From the NCBI GenBank assembly GCA_030390025.1, contig CM059432.1:23686001-23750000 (forward strand): a DNA stretch of 64,000 bases, written 5' to 3'. Both the position numbers and the translations under genes were made by a program. This DNA comes from Squalus acanthias (Eukaryota). This document shows, in pieces, positions 35,876-49,619 of this stretch. How positions within the stretch are numbered: position 1 is the first letter of the stretch; each line of letters starts with the position of its first letter. The notes below the pieces were generated by a model. It was given only the letters and a program-made list of their open reading frames with translations, did not search any database and was not told where the DNA came from.

Positions 35876-38614
35876 TGGTTACAGGATTTTCAGACGGGAT
35901 AGAGAGGGAGGTAAAAAGTGGGGGTGGGGGGGTCGCGGTATTGATTAAAGAAACTATTACAGCTGTGAGGAGGGATGATATGTTGGAGGGATCATCAAGC
36001 GAGGCCATATGGGTCGAATTGAAAAACAAAAAAGGGGTGATCACACTGCTGGGAGTGTACTACAGACCCCCAAACAGTGAGAGGGAGATAGAAGAACAAA
36101 TATGTAGACAAATTTCTGAGAAGTGCAAAAGCTATAGGGCAGTAAAAGTAGGGGATTTCAACTACCCCAATATTAACTGGGATAAAATTAGTATGAAGGG
36201 TATAGAAGGTGCGGAATTCCTAAAATGCATCCAGGAGAACTTTTTTAGCCAGTATGTAGCAAGCCCAACAAGGGAGGGGGCGGTTCTGGACTTAGTTTTA
36301 GGGAATAAAGCTGAGCAGGTAGAAGGCGTATCAGTGGGGGAGCATTTTGGTGCTAGTGACCATAATTCTGTTAGATTTAAGGTAGTTATGGAAAAGGACA
36401 AGGATAGACCAAGAATAAAAATTCTAAATTGGGGAAAAGCAAATTTTGCTAAGCTCAGAGGGGATTTAACCATAGTGGACTGGAAACAGCTACTTGAAGG
36501 TAAATCGGTGTCAGAGCAGTGGGAGGCATTCAAGGAGGAGATCCGAAGGGTTCAGACCAAACATGTGCCCTTAAAGAAAAAAGGTGGGACTAACAAATCT
36601 AGAGTCCCCTGGATGTCTAGAGACATACAGGGTAGGATAAAGAAAAAAAGGGAGGCGTATGACAGATACCGAGGGCTAAATACTCCAGAATCTTTAGGGG
36701 AGTACAGAAAGTGCAGGGGTGCAATTAAAAATGACTTTAGGAAAACAAAGAGAGAGCATGAAAAATTATTGGCAAGTAAAATCAAGGAAAACCCAAAGAT
36801 GTTTTATAAATATATTAAGAGTAAGAGCAAAACTAAAGAAAGGGTAGGGCCTATTGGAGATCATGAGGGTAATCTGTGTGTGGAGGCGGGAGACGTCGGT
36901 AGGGTTCTTAATGAATACTTTGCATCTGTTTTCATAAAGGAGAGGGGCGAAGCAGACATTGCTATCGGGGGAGGAGTGTGAAATATTAGATGAAATAAAC
37001 ATAGTGAAAGAGGAAGTATTAAGGGGTTTAGCAGCTTTAAAAGTGGATAAATCTCCAGGCCCGGATGAAATGCATCCCAGGCTGTTAAGCGAAGCAAAAG
37101 AGGAAATAGCAGAGGCCCTGACCATCATTTTTCAATCCTCTCTGGCTTCAGGTGTGGAACTGGAGGACTGCTAATGTGGTACCCTTGTTTAAAAAGGGAG
37201 AAAAGGATAGACCGAGTAATTACAGGCCAGTCAGCCTAACCTCGGTGGTGGGAAAATTATTGGAAAGAATTCTGAAGGACAGGATAAATCTTCATTTAGA
37301 AAGACACGGATTAATCAAAGATGGTCAGCACGGATTTGTTAAGGGAAGGTCGTGTCTGACAAACTTGATTGAATTTTTGGAGGAGGTAATCAGGAGGATA
37401 GATGAGGGTAGTGCGTTTGATGTAGTGTATATGGACTTTAGCAAGGCTTTTGATAAGGTTCCACATGGCAGACTGGTCACGAAGTTAAAAGCCCATGGGA
37501 TCCAGGGCCAAGTGTCAAGTTGGATTCAAAACGGGCTCGGAGACAGGAAGCAGAGGGTAATGGTTGATGGGTGTTTTTGTGACTGGAAGGCTGTTTCCAG
37601 TGGGGTTCCGCAGGGCTCAGTACTAGGTCCCTTGCTTTTTGTGGTATATATCAACGATCTTGACTTGAATATAGGGGGTATGATTAAGAAGTTTGCAGAC
37701 AATACTAAAATCGGCTGTGTGGTTGATACTGAAGAAGGAAGCTGTAGACTGCAGGAAGATATCAATAAATCGGTCAGGTGGGCAGAACAGTGGCAAATGG
37801 AATTCAATTCGGAGAAGTGTGAGGTAATGCATTTGGGGAGGGCTAACAAGGAAAGGGAATACACATTAAATGGTAGGACACTGAGTAGTGTAGAGGAACA
37901 AAGGGACCTTGGAGTGCATGTCCACAGATCTCTGAAGGTAGCAGGCCAAGTAGATAAGGTGGTTAAGAAGGCATACGGAATACTTGCCTTTATTAGCCGT
38001 GGCATAGAATACAAGAGCAGGGGGGTTATGCTTCAACTGTATAAAATACTAGTTAGGTCTCAGCAAGAGTACTGCGTGCAGTTCTGGTCACCACATTACA
38101 GGAAAGATGTGATTGCACTAGAGAGGGTACAGAGGAGATTTACAAGGATGCTGCCGGGAGTAGAGAATCTTGGCTATGAGGAAAGACTGGATAGGCTGGA
38201 TCTGTTTTCCTTGGAACAGAGGAGGCTGAGGGGAGACCTTATTGAGGTGTATAAAATTATGAGGGGCATAAATAAAGTGGATAGAAAGGACCTATTTCCC
38301 TTAGCAGAGGGGTCAAAAACCAGGGGGCACAGATTTAAAGTAATTGGGGGAAGGCTTAGAGGGGATTTGAGGGGAAATTTCTTCACCCAGAGGGTTGTGG
38401 GCGTCTGGAACTCACTGCCTGAAAGGGTGGTAGAGGCAGGAACCCTAACCACATTTAAAAAGTACTTGGATGTGCACTTGGGATGCTCTAACCTGCAGGG
38501 CTACGGACCAAGAGCTGGGAAGTGGGATTAGGCTAGATAGCTCTTTGTTGGCCGGCACGGACACGATGGGCCGAAAAGGCCTCCTTCCGTGCTGTAACTT
38601 TCTATGATTCTATG
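35876..38614 (+). mobile_element. CR1 LINE ORF2 (EN + RT) with few frameshifts
   Basis: ORFs 35812..36981, 36959..37174 and 37152..38531 give YYRPP, GDFN, SDHN, PQGSVLGP and FADN. Tail ttctatgattctatg. Confidence 0.96.
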
Positions 38615-39091
38615 CTCCTTCCCATATTGGTACAGTTGAGATTGATAACTTACCACATGGAGAATACTGAGTGTGATCCTGCATCCTAATGCATATAGTG
38701 TGACTAATGTGATTCTACCATTGCCAACGTGTCATCAATTGAGTTACCTTAACTCCATTAAAAGCCTACTTTGAAAACTCTGTTCAATATTCAGCAGGAA
38801 ATGTTTATCCTGCAGATGCTAGAACAGATGCACGTTGCACTCTCCCTCCCTCATGCATTTCTTGCAGCTGTCTAACCAAAGTTTTTCATGAATACCACAT
38901 GAGAAATACTAAATGTTCAAGTACTGAGCCGTGAAAGGGTACAGGCCACAACTATCTCCGTGCCTGCAGTTGTGCTGCATTTTTGGATGACTAGTAGACT
39001 ACAAAAACATTTCCGACTGTTGATTAAGTACTTATAAAAGAAGCTGAAGAAACATTTGACTTGAAATTGGAATAGTGGTTATTGGGATAAA

Positions 39092-39237
39092 TATATGTGA
39101 GAAGTCGCACAACACCAGGTTATAGTCCAACAGTTTTATTTGAATGTGATTTCAAATAAAACTGTTGGACTATAACCTGGTGTTGTGCGACTTCTCACAT
39201 TTGTCCACCCCAGTCCAACACCGGCATCTCCACATCA
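39092..39237. mobile_element. Penelope-derived inverted pLTR mini-element (50-bp arms)
   Basis: Arms 39095-39144 and 39151-39200, TSD GGGATAAA (39084-39091 and 39238-39245). Confidence 0.9.
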
Positions 39238-39859
39238 GGGATAAAGATAGACTGAGATGATCAGATAATCCATGAGATGCAGCGGTTCCTGTGTTGTGGC
39301 AGCAAGGGAAGAATTTTGTCTCCAGAATAGCTGGCCAGTGTTGAATAATGAGAAATGAGAGAAACCAGTAATATTCGGGAATCAGGGAGCATTGATACAA
39401 AGCTTCTCCTCAGAAAATTCACTGGGTGGGGTAGAGGCTCTTGTAGATCTAAGAATGTACTGGGAATTTTCAGGCAACTAGTCTTGAGGTGTCTGAGTAT
39501 TTGCCTGTAGCAACGTAATTATTTTTGATATTTGTAGTAGTGCCATAGCTGACTGCAAACACAAACAAGCTAAAGCAGTACAAATAATGGGTTTTCATTT
39601 CACATATGGTTCTAATTGCCTGCATAACAGTCACCGCGCTTCAAAAAGTAATTCTTTGTGTAAAACGGCTGAGATATTTTGAACATGGATGGCATTATAT
39701 CAATGCAAGCATTATTTGTTATTTTATACTATTAATTAGAATCAATGTTCTTGAATTACTGCTCATTCAATAGAATGGTTTTCACAAATTACATTCATCT
39801 GGATTGTATTCCATGAGTGATTGTGCCAGCATTTGCAATGCGATTATCTGTCTTCAGGT

Positions 39860-40170
39860 GCCTCAGTGGTGGTATTCTCGCCTCTGAGTTGGAAGATCGT
39901 AGGTTCAAGTCCCACTCCAGAGACTGGATTGTTGCGGTTTCAACTTTTGGATGAGGTGTTAAACTGAGTCTGCCCCCTCATGTGGATATGAAAGATCCTA
40001 TTGCACTTTTCGAAGAACAGCAGAGGAGTTTCCTGGTGTCCTGGTCAACATTTATCCCTCGAACAACAGATATTCTGATCATTTATTTCATTGCTGTTTA
40101 TGGGATCTTGCTGTGTCCAAATTGGCTGCATGGTTTCCCTACATTACAACAGTGACTACACTTCAAAACT
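39860..40170 (+). mobile_element. Degenerate SacSINE1/DeuSINE-like SINE
   Basis: ctcagtggtggtattctcgcctctgagt..ggttcaagtcccactccag and cattgctgtttatgggatcttgctgtg, similar to the reverse complement of 50405-50878. Confidence 0.75.
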
Positions 40171-40364
40171 GCGTCTATCAAAGGAATCCTGCAGGATGTT
40201 GATCTTTGGGGCCGTGGCATATTCAACCAACAGGAGATTTTCTTGTTAGCGGGGAAAGATACTCTTCCTCAAGTATTGGATGGGCTCTTGTAATCTACCT
40301 TCTTCATCCCGGGTGACACAAGATTTATCAAGCGCTGAAATGCTCAATTTTGTGAGCACAATAA

Positions 40365-40565
40365 CTACTAACTGCATTTATATTGCACGTTTAACATAGA
40401 AAAATGTTCCAAGGTGTTTCACAGAGATGTAATCAGACAGAAAAGGATGCTCCGCCAAAGGAGGAGAAGTTAGGAGGGGCGACCAAAAGCTTGTTCAAAG
40501 AGTTAGGTTTTAAGGAGGTCTTAAAGGAGGAGAAGGAGGTGGAGATGCTGAAGGGCTTAGGGAGA
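40365..40565 (-). mobile_element. L2 3' tail fragment
   Basis: aactgcatttatattgcacgtttaac..ggttttaaggaggtcttaaaggaggag is the reverse complement of the L2 tail. Confidence 0.65.
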
Positions 40566-41168
40566 ACTAGATTGAAATCCCTCAATTTCCTGAGTACAAA
40601 AATCCATCAAAGAATGGTTAGGAGAGGAGGTAGGAGGAGGAAGGAGGACAAAGCAGCGTTGCCTCATAAATGCTCAGGAAAGATTTTAAAGAAGGGCTTA
40701 GGTCATTGAATGATGAGATTCACAAAGATCAATCTGTTCTTATTCAGGGAAAAAAAAAAGAATCAATTCAAGTGTTTTAAAATTAATTGGAATCAATAAA
40801 ATAGAAACTGTGATGTTCTTTCAGAAAAAGTGCAATGAGAAGTTGGAAGGGAAGCAGTAATGATTGTTTGGTTTGGAAGTCATGAATTCGATGTGATTTA
40901 AGAAACTATCCTCTGTACCTGAGTAACCTCACAGGTGGGACCTCATCTATAAAGTTCCAGAGATAGGTACTACACTTACAAATCCAGTAGGACTTACTCC
41001 ATAATAGTAATATTGAAGGGACACACAGTTAATCCAGTGCCTCCACTTTTGCCTCTACAGTAGCGAATGTACAAAGCTTCACAGAGAAAGCCAAGCAAGC
41101 CTTTGGCTTTGTAGTAACATTACTGACTCTGAGTCAGTAGGTGCAGGGTTCAAACCCTGCACCTACTG

Positions 41169-42897
41169 TCAGAAGAGATAGGAGAGGTGATGAATGAATA
41201 CTTTTCGTCAGTGTTCACCGAGGAGAGGGGCCATGTTCTTGAGGATGAGAGTGTGATAAAGGTGGATAGGCTGGAGGTGGTAGATGTTCTGAGGGAAGAT
41301 GTTTTAGCAATTTTGAAGAACCTGAGGGTCGATAAGTCCCCTGGGCCAGATGGGATATATCCTAGGATTCTTTGGGAGGCAAGGGAGGAGATTGCAGAGC
41401 CTCTGGCTTTGATCTTTGGGTCCTCACTGTCCACGGGAATGGTGCCAGAGGACTGGAGAGTGGCGAATGTTGTTCCTCTCTTCAAGAAAGGAAATAGGAA
41501 TGACCCTGGTAATTATAGGCCGGTTAGTCTTACTTCGGTGGTTGGTAAGATAATGGAAAAGGTCCTGAGGGATAGGATTTATGACCATTTGGAAAGGGGC
41601 AACTTAATCAGGGATAGTCAACACGGATTCGTGAAGGGTAAGTCTTGCCTAACAAATTTGATTGAATTCTTTGAGGAGGTAACTAAGTGTGTAGATGAAG
41701 GTAGAGCAGTTGATGTCGTATACATGGATTTTAGTAAGGCGTTTGATAAGGTTCCCCATGGTCGGCTCATGAAGAAAGTAAGGAGTTGTGGGATAGAGGG
41801 AAATTTGGCCGATTGGATAAGTAACTGGCTATCTCATAGAAGGCAGAGGGTGGTGGTGGATGGAACATTTTCGGACTGGAGACCAGTTACCAGCGGTGTG
41901 CCACAGGGGTCGGTGCTGGGTCCTCTGCTGTTTGTGATTTTTATCAATGACTTGGAGGAGGGGACTGAAGGGTGGATCAGTAAATTTGCTGATGACACCA
42001 AGATTGGTGGAGCAGTGGATGAGGTGGAGGGCTGTTGTAGGCTGCAAAGAGACATTGATAGGATGCAGAGCTGGGCCGAAAAATGGCAGATGGAATTTAA
42101 CCCTGATAAGTGCGAGGTGATTCATTTTGGTAGGGCAAATTTGAATAAGGATTACAGGGTCAACGGCAGGGTTCTGAGGAACGTGGAGGAGCAGAGGGAT
42201 CTGGGGGTTCATATCCACAGATCTCTGAAGGTTGCCACTCAAGTGGATAGAGCAGTAAAGAAGGCCTATGGTGTGTTGGCGTTTATTAACAGAGGTTTTG
42301 AGTTTAAGAACCGTGAGGTTATGCTGCAACTGTACAGGACCTTGGTGAGACCACATTTGGAATATTGTGTGCAGTTCTGGTCACCTCACTATAGGAAGGA
42401 CGTGGAAGCATTGGAAAGAGTGCAAAGGAGATTTACCAGGATGCTGCCTGGTTTGGGGGGGAGGTCTTATGAGGAAAGATTGAGGGAGTTGGGGCTTTTC
42501 TCTTTAGAGCGGAGGAGGATGAGAGGCGACTTAATAGAGGTTTATAAGATGATGAGGGGGATAGATAGAGTGGATGTTCAGAGACTATTTCCTCGGGTAG
42601 AGGCAGCTGTTACAAGGGGGCATAACTATAAGGTGCATGGGGGGAGATATAGAAGGGATGTCCGAGGTAGATTCTTTACTCAGAGAGTGGTTGGGGTGTG
42701 GAATGGACTGCCTGCTGTGATAGTGGAGTCGGACACTTTAGGAACTTTCAAGCGGTTATTGGATAAGCACATGGAGCACACCAGAGTGATAGGGAGTGTG
42801 ATAGCTTGATCTTGGTCTCGGACAATGCTCGGCACAACATCGAGGGCCGAAGGGCCTGTACTGTGCTGTACTGTTGTATGTTCTATGTTCTATGTTC
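41169..42897 (+). mobile_element. Young 5'-truncated CR1 LINE with uninterrupted 540-aa RT ORF (41187-42809)
   Basis: No stops or frameshifts and an intact FADD motif. (TTCTATG)n tail. Confidence 0.96.
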
Positions 42898-45249
42898 AGA
42901 CAGTCCCGGCAAGTGAAGACCAGACCTTCAGTTCTGAATTGTTGGTTGACATCCAGGGTGATACTTGTGTTCGGTGGGCACTAATGGCACTCCCACCCAC
43001 ATCATGTGGATTGTGGGATTCCATAAAACCCTCCCTCCATTTCGGACTAATCAGCCTATTGGATGGTTACTGCTATTGAAGGAAGTTAATATCTTCCTTT
43101 CTGTCTGTATGTTTTTATTACCACACTGGCATTTATCCATAAGCTAAGATTTTAAAAACTCCTCAATATGGAGATAGCCTTTGGGTGGTTACTTTTGCCC
43201 TACTGTGTGGCGTTGCGTTCTGCTATGACTTTAATGAAGCAGCAAAATCTCACTCACGTCAAAGTGTAACCTATAAGCTTTTCCAGCAGTTTTATATTCC
43301 GTTTCATATTACCTAATTGTAAAAATAAGATAGGACTTTTCTAAATCCATATTCATTTTATAGGTCGCACTGTATTCAGATATCCACCATAATGGAGGGG
43401 GCCCATGGTAGATAATGGAAATTAGCAGATAATCGAGGCTCCCTAAATTTAATTGTAAACGTTATGTGCAGCGCTACTTGAAGCACAGAAATGAAGTCAT
43501 GTACAATACAAATAAAAATAATGCGTTTTATTCAACAAGGAGATGAAATGTAAATAACAAAATAAATATTGTGTAGTTTTAACACTTTGCATAAGGTTTC
43601 ATGATCTGAAAATTCTGGCTAATAATTGCAGTGTGGATGATGAAGGTTTCACTGTATGTGTAACTGAATTGTGAAGGGTGCATTATACTGGTAACAAGCC
43701 TACTTACTTAAGTGCCAATCCAGAGTCCTTTAATTTCACTCTCGAGTGGTTTCTTATTCTGAATGTAGACAGTTTTGAGTTTTTCTATCCAGATATTTTT
43801 TTTAAATTACTGAAGTGAAAAAGTAAAAAGTGACTGGCATTCTTAATGGCAGCATCCATATTCAACATTAAAACTGACTTGATTAGAGACAAGACTTTCA
43901 CCAGCATTCAGCTCCCATAGGTAATCACCTACTTCCAATGAACTGAAGCAAGACCTTGTGTTCATTTATTCTGGGTTAGCATGTCCTTGGAGAACTATAG
44001 ACCTCCACTACAGATTTTCACTACATGTCCATGCCACTTCACAAGATGATTAATATCAGTCATCCTAGACATGTTTGTAGCAGACTATACTACCAAATGT
44101 ACTTATTCAGAGGCAGATACATTTGCTGCAGCAAGCAATAACAACAGGTCAGTTCACAGCGCTTTTGAAACTGTTCTTGAATTAGTTAATTGATCTCCTT
44201 TGAATAGCTTTCTTTGCAGATCTTTCAAACAAACAGTAGACAAATATTTCTCAGAAAGAGAGTGACCTGATCCTGACTGTTTTTTTTTGGAATTCCATAG
44301 ACATTCCTACCTGCACAATCATATCTGACCTCTGTGTAGGTTGCAGTCGGATAATAACCATAACTAGTATATCAAAAGTATCTGTTCTTTATACCCATAA
44401 AACCCTTTGAAAAACAGTATCGTCTTTGCAAAGTCAATCTGCAAGACAGTGGCAGTTTATTGGAAAAATGAACAGCATGTTGCATGACACATGGAAAGGC
44501 ATGCCAATGGCCACCTTTAACATGCTGTCAATGCTCAGGTTATAATTACTGTTGCTTTATAGCCAGTGATGCTGGTTGATTGTTTCAAGCACTTGGGCGT
44601 GCTTGGTGATTATTTTCCCAAATGCTTACACCTTTTGTAATCAACAGTACTGGATTGATTAGGTTCTTTCTTATATACTTAAGACGCATCCAAAAGAACA
44701 GCATGCAGTTTGCAAAGCCATTGTGAGGGTGATCTCATTCTTAAAAATAACGAATTTTTAAACAAAGAAATACAATACAACGGGAAAGCCCATAAACAAT
44801 GGGCAGTAATATACCCTTTTTATCACGGCCTCTATTTTTGTTACTGTATTTGGTTCATTTTTCTGACATTTTGAAGCCTGCTGTAATTCTGTCTTTCACA
44901 CGAAAAATAATTTCTCCTGGAAGGAAATTGAGATAAAAAATAATTGTATGAACTTCACATAACTTCACAGGGTCCAGTTTGTTTCATCGAAATCTAACCC
45001 TAGACACATCATGGTTAATTTGTTAACTAAAACCTTTACAATACAGACCTACAATGATGCTCGCCAGCCATGTATTCTACATTTACAACATAAAACTGGC
45101 TCACTGTCACATCTGTCCCTGTCCTAGGCTCCATGGTATCCCAGAGGTGGGCAAGGGATTAATTGAATTGGAGGGTATTCTGATTTAAATATTTTAATTA
45201 GCTTTAGGAGGGATAACGGTCAATTTCATTGAAAGAAAACTTCAGAAGT

Positions 45250-45345
45250 GATTTCTGATGAAGAAGCACCCAAACGTTAACTTGACTTTTTTCCTTTTTT
45301 AGATAGTCATCAACCTGTTGTGAATGCCAAATTTTTCTGTTGTTA
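45250..45345 (+). mobile_element. Decayed Penelope pLTR trace
   Basis: ctgatgaag..aaacgttaact and tttttctgttgtta resemble 17915-18015. Confidence 0.45.
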
Positions 45346-45437
45346 AAATTTTTAAAAATGACTTGCATGAGCGTAGATCAGTTAGCTCAACACTGAGCAG
45401 GGATTTTTGGTCTATGTGGTTTAATTCCACACTATGA

Positions 45438-45581
<144 letters not shown>

Positions 45582-47098
45582 TGAGTAATATCTTTGTGCC
45601 TCACTAAATACAATGTGAATTCTGATGCAGTATTGGTGCTAAATGGGATAATTCTCCATTGTGGATCATCCATCTGCCATTGCTTGTTATCGCGAGTACA
45701 TCATTGGCAGTTCAGAATTATTATTTTCCCTCCATCAGTAGCCAGTCAGAATACTAAGGCCGGGATTTTCCTTACCTTGGCGGGTCTGGTGTGGTCGGTG
45801 GCGGGTCCCGACCTCGCTGCTGGCTCCATCCCACTGCACAGAATGAACTTATCTTAATGGGGCCTATTAAGCCCGTCCAGTGCGTTACCCGTCCCAACTA
45901 GATGGAGCGGGTCTGGTAACGTCGCTCATGATGTGTTTTAAGCCGGGATCCTTAAAGGGACCCTGGCCACATAAAATTTTAAGTTCAATCTAACATAGTG
46001 GGTGTTGCATCTTTACTGTACAATCATATAATAAAAGTTATATGTGAGTGACAAAGAAATATTTAAATAAAATTATCATTAAGTAATATGACTCCATCTA
46101 CAAATACGATCAAGAACAATAATTAAAAAGTACATTAATTGTGAGGTTATTGGTGCTTTCGTCACAAATCTATAGACTTTTGTATCAGTAACAGGCACAA
46201 TTAAAAGATGTGTGTATCGGTAATACATCAAATTAAGCAGATTTTAAATGTAATTGTAAAGGAGTGGATTTACAATCTCATGCAAGTTCAGCGGAACAGC
46301 TGCGGAATCCCTGACAAACAGTGTAAGTGGTGCTTACAATGTGTTTCTGGGATTTCTGCAGCTCTTCCGTTGAAGTTAACAATGGACAAGTGAGAGAACC
46401 ACCGCAGAAATTCACCCTAAAGTCTCAGACTGAAAAATTAAATTAGTCATATTCAGGGACTGAAAGCAAATTGAACCAGTGGAATGAGCGATGAGAATGA
46501 AATTGTTACGGTTGATGACTTGATTTAATGTGTAACTGGACAATCACAATATACTGTGAGAAAAACCTGACCAGAAACAACACAAAAATATATTGAAATG
46601 GTACAGATCAATTCACGGCAATTACTGTTGCGTTGGAAGGCAACAGCCGAGAATGGCCAGTGGAAAATTAACTTGTACGAGTAGCTTTTCAAGTAGATCA
46701 GAATCTCCGTCAATGTGTTAGCTGATGTAATCAACATGTTTTTATTTTGGTTTGTTTTCCATGCTGTCAAGTAATCAGCTGGAGCAATGGCCACGGAACT
46801 CACGCCACAGGTTGACAGATGTGGTTCCTGAGCTGTGTGAATCCCACGACCATGCAGGAAAATTTAAAATGTAGGGGCGGGGGAAAGGCTCTTAGGTGCC
46901 CTTAAAGTACCTCATAATGATTTCAACTGGGTCCCCCGCCGCTGCAAGTCGGGTCGGCTCCACGCAGACAGATGCGCCTGTGGGAAAGGCGTGTGGGAGC
47001 CAGTTGACAGCAGTTCCCGACCTGCTGTCAAACAAAAACTTTCCCACCCGACCCACCACCGATCACGCCTGCTACCACCACAGAAAATTCAGCCCTAA

Positions 47099-47822
47099 GG
47101 GCGCAATCTTGCCAGCCCTGGGGAGGCGGATTTGGAGGTGGGACTGCCGGGAAAATGGCAGAATTTGGGGGCGGGTACCCATCCCGCCTCCGTGCCATCT
47201 TCCCAGGAGGCGGGTAGCCGACCCGCGCCGGGTCCTGTCTCCTGGAGGCGGGAAGGGGATTACAGCGAGGCGAGCAGTGGGTCTGTGGAGGTCGGAGGGG
47301 TGCAAAAGTGCGCTGTGAAGGTAAGTGATGGGTGCAAGTGTGGAGAGGTAAGTATGTGAGGTGAGTGGAAAGTGATAGAAAATGTTTACTTACCTTTGTT
47401 TCTTCCTGCAGGCTTCAACAGTTGGGGAATAGAGAGTCTCGCATCTCACCGGCAGAGATGACAGATGGCTGCTGCATTCTCAGATGCAACATCCATCTAA
47501 TTTCTGCTCACAAAAGAGGTTTGATGAGTCTTGAATACAAGGACTCATCAAACAACATAGAATGTCAGTGTTTGACAGCTTCACAGAGCTGTCAAACGAT
47601 GACAATTCACCTGTCAAAAATTTTTGACAGATGAAACATCATACGCTGACGTTCTCTGTAACCAGCTTCCCCTTAATTGGCCTGCTAAGCCCGCTGGGCG
47701 GGCTTAACAAAGTCAATCAAGGGAAAATAGCGTGGTTTGGCCACAAGTCGATGGAGGCGGGACTAAAACCTGACCAGCAGCAGTCCCGCCTCCAAAAGCT
47801 CCCCATTGACAAAATCGCCCCC
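47099..47822. mobile_element. Harbinger-like MITE abutting another partial MITE (about 46870-47095)
   Basis: GGGCGCAATCTTG...CAAAATCGCCCC ends. The upstream piece ends GAAAATTCAGCCC + TAA. Confidence 0.6.
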
Positions 47823-47859
47823 CAAGTGTCAGTTAGTCATTGGTGGCCTTCTTGCTTCT

Positions 47860-48225
47860 CTCCAGGATTTGACCACACAAATCTAGAGTGACACTTCACT
47901 ACAGTACTGAGGGAGTGCTGTGTTGTCAGAGGTACTGTCTTTTGTATGAGATGTTAAACTAAGACCCTATTTGCCTATTCAGATGAACATAAAAGATCCC
48001 ATGGCACTATTTGGAGTTCTCCTAACCAACAGTTAACCCTCAAAAAAATTCACCAAAACAGATTAACTAGTTATTTGTCTTAATACTGTTGTTAGGTGCT
48101 TGCTGTGTACAAATTGATTGCTGTGTTTGCCTGCATAACAACAGTGACTGCACTTCAAAAATAATTAATTGGCCATGTAGCCCTTTGCGATGTCCCGAGG
48201 ATGTATATGGTGCTATATTAAGGCA
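47860..48225 (+). mobile_element. Degenerate SacSINE1/DeuSINE-like SINE
   Basis: cagtactgagggagtgctg..aaagatcccatggcactatt..acaacagtgactgcacttcaaaa. Confidence 0.75.
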
Positions 48226-49619
48226 CGTTTTTTTTTGCTCAAAGCTAACCCAAAAATAATTCAGCTCAAGTTATGAAAAGACAACCAAGTTCTTTGGCAC
48301 ATTAAAGACACCTAATTTATTCATTAGAGGGGTCTATTTAATGAAAGCATAAATTTGTCCTTGCTTATTCTACTATACTTAGTGACTAAATGTTTAGCAA
48401 CTAATATCCTGATGTTTTCCAATATTGCGTATATAGAAAGCAGGGGTTGGTTGTGTCTAATTGTGTGGAAAATAAGGCAACAAGTTGCTATCTGAAGGCT
48501 GTGTCATAGTTCTCATGAGCACTTGCAATACCTGTTCTGAAATTCTTGTTAACCAATCTTGTTGCATGCTTTTACACCCGTATCAATTTACAGAAATTCA
48601 AGCAGTACCTTGAGTGGTTAGTTGTCAAAAAAAAATCTGTTTGATTAATCATATCTCCAAGCTTGGGAAGTTAGATGCCAAATCAGTAAAAAAGCTGATC
48701 ACATCAGAATACTTCATAGAAGGCTCATAAAAATTGTATGTGTGAACTTTCCATTGCTAACTGGCTGTTCCTAATGTTAAATATTTAATTTAAACTTTTA
48801 GTAGTCGTCCCATTTATCTGGATGGTTGAAGCCATTATTCTGTTCCCATATTTATTAATGCTCTGAAATGACATGTAGACTAGGAGAAGTAAACATTAAG
48901 ATAATGAAATCACACGCTGATGTATACATGGAATTTAATTCAGCTACCTAATGTTATCAGAATCTAGAGTTCCTCTTGTCTGCTTCTTCCAGTACATTTA
49001 ACATTCATTTTATCTAATTCTCTCCCCCTCTTCCCTTAATGTGGTGACTAATGTTAGGGGACTGCTCCCCAAATGGCAGCAGACTCCCGCAATTTATTCT
49101 AAGGAACTATTTGGCCTTTTGGAGTCTTGACACTCAGCCAAGGCTGTTGAATAGTGGAGGAGGAGAATATCACAACAATCCTAATCCAGCCCTCACTTAC
49201 TGTTGACACACATGCACTTTCTGGCAAGGATGGCTGAATGGCATTACAGAACCCTGGCTAGTTTTCACTTCCCCAGTCTGTTACTGAGGCTAATTGTAGG
49301 GACTTACTGCTATCCTGGCTCAGTTAACACCAGCTAAACTATGTGGCACATTAGCAAACTATATAATTTATTGACCTACTGAGTCATCAAGAACGTCCTC
49401 ATGTTTAATTTTTGAGCAAGAATTTTATAAATATGAAGAAGGACCCAAATCAGACAGCTGCATAACTTTATCAGAATTCTTCATTTTTTTTTATTTAACC
49501 CATATACTGATTGTGAGACTTCATAGTCATGTGGACATCTGACGAGAAACTCAATGTCATGATAACAAGGTACACACAAAGAAGCAGGTAGATATCCTGG
49601 GTTGGGACTCTTGAATGAG

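Noticed and set aside
35812..38531. Active autonomous LINE or novel RT system
   Set aside because: Standard CR1 ORF2 with two frameshifts, FADN in place of FADD, and no ORF1 or 5' UTR.
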